Below are positions 54,834 through 64,000 of a stretch of 64,000 nucleotides of DNA, piece by piece. Source of the stretch: Octopus sinensis (lineage: Eukaryota); NCBI RefSeq assembly GCF_006345805.1, contig NC_043003.1, forward strand, positions 74,586,001 through 74,650,000, written 5' to 3'. Position 1 is the stretch's first letter. Every line of letters starts with the position of its first letter. The notes beneath the pieces are model-generated. The model did no database searches. It was not told the DNA's origin and saw only the letters and a program-made list of their open reading frames with translations. Made by a program: the position numbers and the translations under genes.

Positions 54834-55644
54834 TATATGTGAGTGTGTGTGTGAGTGTGTGTGTGTGTGAGTGTGTGTGTGTATGTGTGTGTTTGTGTGT
54901 TTGCGTGCATCTGTACAAGCGTTTGCCTGTGCGCGTGTGTATGATATGCGTATGTATGTATTATATATGTATGTGTATATATATATATATTTCTCCAATT
55001 GAAAAGGGCTTATGAATACAGGTATACACACCAAATAAATATTGTCCACATTTCTTTATACCATTCGATAAGTTTAACCCCTAGAGTAAGCCTATTTCTG
55101 TATCTCCACTCACGTTGTCGATAATTGATATAAAGCTAGCAAATTTTACATTATAAAACTTATAGTCTCTTAAGTCACCTTCCAACTGTTATGTGCTTAT
55201 GGATTTCAAAGACATCGTAACATAATTACACACTGAATTATGGGGTGTATTTGATTTGGTCGTGTTGCTTAAAACCCATTTTCCTTCGCTTGTACAAAGC
55301 AATATCACTTTCATATGGAAGGCATTAAACACGCCACTGGAATCTAACGTAACTTTAATCACCGTTTGTTCAGTCCAATGTGATGGATGATTAACAGTAA
55401 TGGTTGAACATCAGAGCGCTGAATCAAGTGAATATTTAGTGAATCGTACAGATTGTCAACTAGATTTAGTTATAACGACTTGAAGTTTTGGTTTCGAATA
55501 TCATCAGGTTCAATAAATGAATTTCGTTTCCGTGGTATACATTATAAATCCCAGTAAAAAATGATATTCATGAAATCTAGTGCGTTCAACTTCCGACTGC
55601 GAAGTTTTTTGTATATGCTGAAAAGATATCAATGTTTATTGCAG

Positions 55645-55685
55645 GTTTAGTACTGTTCCCAGCCAATGAACTACGTACTTGCTTG
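55645..55685 (+). CDS. Candidate 41-nt exon (unassigned)
   Basis: atgtttattgcag|GTTTAGTAC...TGCTTG|gtacgt; single open frame LVLFPANELRTCL (phase 1 to 0). Confidence 0.22.
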
Positions 55686-57225
55686 GTACGTAGAAGTCAG
55701 GACAGAAGTGTTAATGGAAAGGAATATGCAATTAAAATATTTTATGAATATGCAATTAAAATCTCGATCATGGACAATGTTTGCTCTAATTATTTGATAT
55801 GGTTCTCCAAACAAATTTTTCCATGCGATTAAGCTTCCTCAATTAAAGATTTACATTTCGATTTCAATATAAAGATTATGAGGGCGCACACTTTTCCTTT
55901 GTTGATCTTACTGCAAAATGTATGCGCACCCACAAGTTCTTAGCTTAGAACGTATGGCAGGGATCAAACTAGTGATAGTCAGACAAGTTGTCTAGTAATT
56001 TACACTTAAAATTATAAGGAATTATTCGTAGTTATTAAAATGAAAATATTCAAAATATTATGTCCAGTGTCTGAATTCTTGGTATTATTTTATTTTCTGT
56101 CATCCCCCCGCCCCGCCCCAAAATGAAGCTAGTTGAGTCTCTTCATTGTCGGTTAAACTTCAGTGAAGAACATAAAAATACAACAGAAACACAATATATT
56201 TCTCTGCATACCGATTTACTTAAAGAAAAGCAATGATATATAGCTTCAATTTAATTACATAATGGATTTTCTTTTTTTTTTTTTGCATTTATATAATTAA
56301 ATGTGTACATATGTGTGAGCAGCGCATAGAATCCTTGTGTGAGAGATTAGTGAAATCGGTGTTTATCACAGTTAAATTATAATGTAGGTGATTAACATTT
56401 TAAATGCTAATAAAAGAGATTAAACAACACCTATTTTACGTTATAATGACCTCTATGTCAATAATTAAATACCTGTGCTGTGGTATTTAAATAACTATAA
56501 TAAATGATTACAATGAAAGCATGAATGAATAACTAGAAAAAAGGACAGAGAGAAGAAACAGAATTCATCCACTGTACATTTTACTTTCTTCTTTACTTGT
56601 GTTAGAAATATTAGCTTTGAAAATTTAAATGCAACTATCCCTTACATTAAATATAAGCGTAACCATAGATAAGGACTATGGCATAGATGTTTCAGTTTTC
56701 TAGTTTCATTACTTTAAAGGAAATATCGAGGCTTTTATGACGCACTAAGACACTTAAATAGGCATCCTCACAGGGTTGCAATCCAATGACTAGCGGCAGT
56801 AAAATAATAATACGATATATAATATATTTCTTTGTTCTCCGAACACTTCTCGTTATGTGGATTGAAAAACGTCGAAGTCATAAACTATATTATTGCATGC
56901 CAGGTCAGCTTGTACTGCTACAGGCATTACAACCAGAAAAGCACTCGAGTTTACCGGGTTTACTAAGCGAAAAGTCTGTGTGAACGAGAAAACTAGGTTT
57001 AAAAGCAACATCTATCACGTAGTAGAAATAATTCCACAGACAGTAGAGGGAAAAGAGACACACGTACCCTGAAGGAGATATCTATTTAAGCATTATCTGC
57101 ACAAACGACATTGTTAGCTGGGGATTTCGGATGGATTATGTGCTTGTAAAAGATTTATATACAAAATATCCAATGGAAAGAATTAAATTAGTAGTGAAAT
57201 GATAATCTGCTAACTTGGAATGCAG

Positions 57226-57285
57226 TCCCCCCGCGCATTGTGGAATACTGTCTTCTGAATGGCAAACTAGTTTGGAAGTAAATAG
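57226..57285 (+). CDS. Candidate 60-nt exon (unassigned)
   Basis: gctaac branch point, then tgcag|TCCCCCC...AAATAG|gtaagt; only phase 2-2 is open (PPAHCGILSSEWQTSLEVN). Weak pyrimidine tract. Confidence 0.27.
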
Positions 57286-58412
57286 GTAAGTTATATTACA
57301 TGAGATGACGTAGAATAGGGCAGGACAGAATGGGATTAGGTTGTTATAAGTGATCTTAGGAAGCAGATGTTATCATTGTAATAGAGAGGTCTACAGGGAA
57401 CAACTAGTTAGAATGTGTTTTGTTTTTATTCTGCTAAGTGGGATGGAAGAGGAAATGTTGGTTTTTGTTTTAATCATTTCCCAATGGTTTTATTCTCGCG
57501 GGTCATACACACCCATCTACATACACATATTTACATACAAGCTTAGAAATAAAAATACATGGAGAAACGGGCATGAATATGCATACGAACACGTACACCA
57601 TACAATAGTATACGTATTCACACACTCATACATACTCGGACACACAATTACACATGCATGAATATATGCTTACATACATGTACACACAAACACACGCACA
57701 TTCACTATCTCCCTGCTTGGTGTCAACCCATCAATTATTCAACAGATGCTTTCCGTTTTGCTCCAGCAGACACGTTACAGAGGGAGAGAGATAGAAAGAG
57801 AATGAGAAAGAGAGAGAGAGGAGAGAGAGAGAGAGGAAGACGATTAGGATGAGGCAGATGAGAGAGAGAGAGAGCCGTCCTCGCAGGTGTTACATGAACC
57901 ATCATATTAAAATATGAAACCCATCTCTGCATGTGACTTCTGACTGGATACACACCAACGAACCTGCAATCACACAGATAGCATCAAATCTCTCTCTATC
58001 TGTCTGTATCTCTCTCTCCCTCTATCTCCCCTCTCTCTATCTCTCTCTTTTTCTCGATGTTTGTGAGTAACATAGAAAGAGAGAGAGAGAGGGAGCGATA
58101 GAGATAAACAGACACAAACACACAATTATACACTCATACATCGATTCCTATACATGCGCACATGTATCTCAGTTTCCTACTCACATTTTCACTATAATTG
58201 TGTGAGTGTTTCTCATGAACTATACACGATGACCGCCGTGGTGTTCTACAACTGAAACTGAAAGTATAATACGTAGAATATAAACGGCTTATGCATGCTT
58301 GGATAATCAACGCTCCTCATATATGCATTCGCACACAGGCACAGCATGTACATACAAAACCACTACGCATATGCACTGACACTCATATATGATTGGATGT
58401 TTGCATGTGATC

Positions 58413-58452
<40 letters not shown>

Positions 58453-60725
58453 GAATTCTGTCTATCTCTTCTGAGACAAATTAATTTATTTTCCCAACAC
58501 AATTTAATTTAACATTTCCACGCAATGAGCATGGTAACTCATCACTTATAAATTATTTCATGAACCGACCATAATGTCCTGGACTCCATGGTGCCTGCGA
58601 ATGAGACATAATATCGATATTTCATAGCGCTCTAACGTTCAGCAATACTAAACAACACAGTAAACCCTACCAGTTTCAAGCTAATCAGTCCACAGAAAGA
58701 TTTGAACTTCTTGATGTACGGTAAGGACACTTATGTGTTGTATCATTCTCCTGTTCCCAACACTGAACAACGTTGCTTACATCTTGCGGAAGCAGCTAAT
58801 ACTCAAAGAAAGATCAAGTCTATAACTGTAAGGCATGACACTTTAAAGCATCCACAATGGGAACAATTTCTTTTAGAAATACGATCAACTATTTGGCATA
58901 AAAGATAACAATGACGGAATAGGTTTCTGCTTAACACCAATAGGGAGGAAATACAGCATTTCAAGCAGCGAGGAATATCTGTAGTTTCTCTTCTACTTAC
59001 ACTGTAAGAGACGCTACTATCTGGAAATAAATAAAATGATTATGCAGTGATAACCAGAAATATTCTTAAAAAAAAAAAGAGTAAATTTTTTGCAGTGGTA
59101 AACAAAAATATTCTTGGCTGCAGCAGAACAAATTTTACGTTTCTCCTTTATTTAACAATGACATGTTTTTCTTTTTTACCTGCATAGTAAAAGAGTTACT
59201 GCATTCATTTGAAATGAGTTGAGTAGAGAATATAATAATGTTTTAACTCTACAGCCTGGAGTCGGAGGATGGAATAGTTTGATGATAAATCAAATTCATA
59301 TATAGTAAGGAAGTAAAATTAATGAAATCGTAAGTTTTAAATAAGAATAAATGACTGTACCACTGTTGAGAACGAAACACAGCTTACTAAAGTCTCATAT
59401 CAAGGCAAAGTAATAGGATATTGTGACAAGCATGACGATCAAAGAGGAATTAAAAAGTACAAACAACGTTACGGATTTCGCAATTTGTGTTAGCGCCCTC
59501 TCAAATAAAATTTTTTCATGTGTTGACTTTGTACTGGCTAAACATTGAATGTATATCACCTTGAAATAATTGGAATGTATTTCATCCAAAAACTCTTCCG
59601 TCCCTGTAAACAGCATTGCATTAACATATGTGCACTTAAACAACTCAGGACTCCCATACGCTCTATTTTCTCTGTCTCTCTGTCTCTATCTCTGACTTTC
59701 TTTCTTTCTTCCTTTCCTTCTTTGTTTATTTGTTTCTTTCTCTCTCTCTCTCACTCTTACACACACACGCACACATACGCACACGCACACATTTATTTGA
59801 ATGATTTTGTTATTATATACTTTTCCTATAGAAATATGCGTAGGCAACAAATAGTGAACGAAAACAGATTCATCATATTTTTGTCTTCTCGCTCATAAAT
59901 CCAGTCACAGCTAATTCGCTTGTAATATCTATGTTAAAATATTTGCCGATACACACAAACACACACACAAATACCCTCGCACACTTATATAATTATGCTC
60001 CAAAATATGTATCCATCTTCTCCGCACGCTATTCCCTTTAGGATCCTCAGGTACCTCATCCTTAGGGATGCATTGACAATTTCGGTTGAATTCCCAAACC
60101 TTGACTATAGTCTATGAATATTATCCAATCATCGCGTTTTCAGTCTTTCACTAGGTACCTATCAGTTGGAACGGGTTGAAGATTCCCTCTAGTGTCGCTC
60201 TCCTGTGACATTCCAATTGTGTTTCCATGTACCTGCGCTGAGAATTCTCAATGTGGTAAATGTCGTGGCTGAAACTAGAAAAAGCGCTTAGTCTCCGAGT
60301 TACACATCATGTCAAGTAGATTTATGGAAGAGATTTTTCGGAGGAATCACATTTGGGCTGCATTTATTCGCGATCGTACGCTTTTGGTCATTCCCCAAGG
60401 TTCATGAATTTAGCTGAAAATAAAAACAAAGACTGAATTAAAGATTGCAAGTTTGGCATTTTTTACCAACTTTCTGAAGTTGGAAGGACATAAAATCTAC
60501 CCACCCCCAGATCAGCATCCCGCCACTTATCACACATGAATACGGCAGCGATACGATTAAATTTAATCACTTTTCTCTCTACCAACTTATCCACTAATAG
60601 GAAAGTGCACTGCGAAGACTTTTTTTGAGAACAGCAATGTCTCAGTCTTCGCATTTAGCGTATGCTCTATGTATGTATGTATGTATGTATATATGTATGT
60701 GTGTGTATACTCGCGCGTTGGTCTT

Positions 60726-60788
<63 letters not shown>

Positions 60789-60810
60789 GCGTGTGTGTAT
60801 ATATATGTAT

Positions 60811-60875
<65 letters not shown>

Positions 60876-60900
60876 CTTTTTCGTTTGTATGTTTCTTAGT

Positions 60901-60932
<32 letters not shown>

Positions 60933-61848
60933 AATGTACTCATAAAATTATGTTTCATAATTATAATTAATCCAAATTTTACAAATCAACCTAATATATC
61001 AGCATATATAAAATTATCGTCACAAAGAATAAAGACAATATAAATTTACTTGGAAATCAAGCAGCGAAAGTATAGTGAAATTCTGTCAACATCTGAAGGA
61101 TTCAGAGGTTAATCAAACGTCATTGAAGTAACCGCTTTCTTGTTTTAACTTGCTTCATTGGTTGATAAAAAGGAATTCGTAGAGTGATTACTTAGTTGTA
61201 CATTAACGATATTGCCAAAGAATTAGTTAGAATCTTCTGTTAAATCAACTGTGCGAATGGATTTTAGCTTACGCTTGACTGCTCTCAACCTTAGATAAGC
61301 CATTATACTAACACACACACACATGTTAATTTCATGAAAACATTATGTTTTCAGCAAAAACGAGCGAAACAATTATACTTGTTATTTCAAGTAGTATATA
61401 TTTGTATGAAGGGCATTGGATGTGAGAAATGGCAGATGCTAATGTAACATTGAGGTAGAAGTTGGATTTAAGGTAATATTCGGTGTTGATGAATATAGAA
61501 TTAATGTTGGCTGTGAAAAGGTATAGATTTTGAATGTAAGGTATTGTATGCGAATAAGTGTAGATTTTGGATGTGAAACAGGGGTAAACGGGAGTACGAA
61601 AAATGAATATGGGAGTAATCCGATACGGTTACACATTGATATCTGAAATGAAGTCGCTCCTGTGTGTATGAAAGGAGTAGGTATAGAGAATAAAACGTAA
61701 TTTAGAATTTGGTTATATTCATTTACAGTTTAACATAATGCCAGTATGAGCCACTTTACCCTTCATTCCTCATTAATATTATTGTCATCTTAACTAATAT
61801 TATTGTCATCACTGGCAACATAACTAGCATCATTGTCAATATTAAAGC

Positions 61849-62057
61849 AGCGAAGTAGCAGAATCGTCAGCACACTGGACGAAATGCTTGGCGGCATTTG
61901 TCCATCCTTACGTTCTGAGTTCAAAATTCCGCCGAGGTCGACTTTGCTTTTCATCCTTTCGGAGTCAATAAAATAAGTTTCAGTTGAGTACTGGGGTCGA
62001 TGTAATAGACTAACTCCCTGTTCCAAAATTGCTGCCCTTGTGCTAAAATTTGAAACC
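61849..62057 (+). mobile_element. SINE family B, full length
   Basis: gcagaatcgtcagcacactggacgaaatgcttggcggc...gagttcaaaattccgccgaggtcgactttgcttttcatcc...aaaattgctgcccttgtgctaaaatttgaaacc. Confidence 0.94.
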
Positions 62058-62989
62058 AATTGCATTATCGTTACTTAACCATTAGTCTAATATAAATGCT
62101 GATATCGTTGTCAACCTTACCAAATCGCTCTCACAGTTCCAAACACAGTAGTCGTCTCTATCAGCCTACATTCGCTGCAAAAATATTGTCATCCTCTTCG
62201 TGAATATACTTTAAATCGCTGCAACAATTTCCGTTATCGTTGTATAAACATTGCCGAGTTCACTTTCAACAGAGTTGTCTTCGTCGTTACCATTATTACC
62301 ATTGTTACCATTTTCTTCAGAGACTATACAAGTATTGCTGTCATCACTGTCAATATAATTGTCATCGTATTTGTTGTCATTTATGTCATCATTGTCATAA
62401 GATGTTGATTCTATCGTCAGTAGTAAGCTTCTGTGTGGTAATTAGTAATAATATTTCTGCTGCTACTATTGCTGTTGTTGTTATATGCGTTATTGCTGTT
62501 GTTGTTACTGTTATTGTTTTCATGTTCTTAATACTGATACTGCCGTTGCATGGCAGAATATGAGTGCTGAAATCGGTTCCACGTTCGAAACCTCACAATT
62601 TTCTCTCTCTTACTGGACGATCGACTAAGACGAAGACATTCTGAATATCATTTCTTTTCTTATAAACATTTTTTATCCTTTAAAATTGTGCACTGTAGAC
62701 GTAGCGGTTGATGAGTAACTTATGGTCGACTAAGAAACAAATTATAACAGTAAAGTCAACAAATGCAAACTGAAACTCACAAACAAACAAACAAAAATAT
62801 ATAATCTGCATTATGTGGATGGCATAATACTGTGTACAAGAAATTTTCAACACCAGGATTCTCCATCCCAATTATTGATATTATTCAGCATGGAAGATTG
62901 AATCAAGTTTGGGGTAAATATGTGTGCAGTGTTAATTATAAAGAGCTGTCGAAAGATAAATTATTATGGTATAAAATTATCAGTTTGCT

Positions 62990-63950
62990 TAGGAGGGATA
63001 GAGGCATCTAGGAGTGCTACTAAACGATGAAATAATGGAAGGAGACTTGAGAGGAGAGACTTTCCAGATATTACAAGAGAGGAATTAGGAATATGTACGA
63101 AACAAATGTTAAAATGAAGGAATATTATCAGAGCAATAAATGTATGAGCTACGCCAAATATTAAGGTAGTTTGATCCCTTTCTAAAATGGACAAATATCG
63201 TATTACTGAACATCGAAAGAACTAGGAAGCCGCTCAAAATGCACAACGCACATCACACTATTAGAAATACCTATAGTCTTTACCTACCAAAAAACAAAGA
63301 AGGCAGAGGAATGCAAAATGCAGAAGAGAGCATTAATACTGTGATACTGGAGTTGTAAAACTATATTGTTTTATTGTAAAACTATATTGTTTCATTGCGT
63401 ATAGTTGTAAAACTATACGCAGTGAAAAGTAATAACATTATCTGGCTAGAAATGTCTAAATAGTTACTGAGACAGTAGGGATACTCAAGAAGGGAAGGTA
63501 AAAACAGTAGAAGTAACTGGAAACAGAATAAATTATATGTCTAATTCATACAACAAAACTAAGGATACTGGAAGAAGAGAATTCTTGCTGTAGCTAACGT
63601 ACAGAAACATGAGAAGAATTAATAAAGCTATAATTACAGCCGCATAAGAACAAGCCATTAGAACGAATTCCATAAACACAAACAAAGATAAAATTCAGTG
63701 AGAGAGCAAATGGACAATTTTAGGGAAGTAAATGAAAGTATTAAGCATTTCTTGAATGAATGCAGAAGACATGCACTGGAAGAGAATAAGGGTAGGTATG
63801 ATTGTTGAAAGAAAGGAATGAATTGGGTCGTAGTCAAATGTGATGCAACAAATTAACAGAACTATCGTATATACACGGACCAGACGCTAAAAATAAAGAA
63901 TAAAGATTTCAAGAGTGTATGGAACTTCCTCATAAAGAAGAAATGCAATT
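62990..63950 (+). mobile_element. RLE-type (R2 superfamily, R4/Dong-like) non-LTR retrotransposon fragment
   Basis: Motifs in order: HLGVL..DEI; NIIRAIN; KWTN..L.NIE.TRK.LKMHNAHH; SLYLPK.KEGRGM.NAE (cf. RLY.PR..GGRGL); AA*EQAIRTN; ESIKHFLNECRRHALEE..GRYD (CCHC knuckle region); IYTDQTL (start of the RLE domain). Confidence 0.85.
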
Positions 63951-64000
63951 CACCGAAGTCTTATCACCATCATTGTTTTTGTCATCATCATTATCATCGT

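Noticed and set aside
55722-55762. Short local duplications (gaatatgcaattaaaat x2; similar ones at about 4770, 59042 and 61780)
   Set aside because: Ordinary slippage duplications with no sign of function.

Overview
Eukaryotic, AT-rich, microsatellite-saturated genomic DNA. The SINE families and repeat landscape match what I recognise from Octopus (coleoid cephalopod) genomes; this is an inference, not a database result. There are no intact long ORFs, rRNA/tRNA genes or CRISPR arrays, and nearly all ORFs in the supplied track are translations of (TA)n, (CA)n, (TACA)n or triplet microsatellites. The window is dominated by (i) at least three tRNA-derived SINE families; (ii) decayed DNA transposons: maT/DD37D-like mariner, a near-complete Mos1-type mariner with both TIRs, Tc1, a probable MULE and a Tigger-like end; and (iii) decayed retroelements: a CR1/L2-group LINE, a Penelope-like RT+GIY-YIG element, an RLE-type R4/Dong-like LINE and a possible Gypsy RT scrap. 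It probably lies within large introns: short exon and microexon candidates with canonical splice sites occur on both strands, but I cannot name a gene, and such signals also arise by chance. The most unusual structures are a 157-bp palindrome (7815-7971), a decayed Penelope-type hammerhead ribozyme fold (31716-31775), a 250-bp direct-repeat-bounded unit (36061-37096), UGC-preceded microexon candidates, and closely spaced inverted SINE pairs that could form ADAR substrates.
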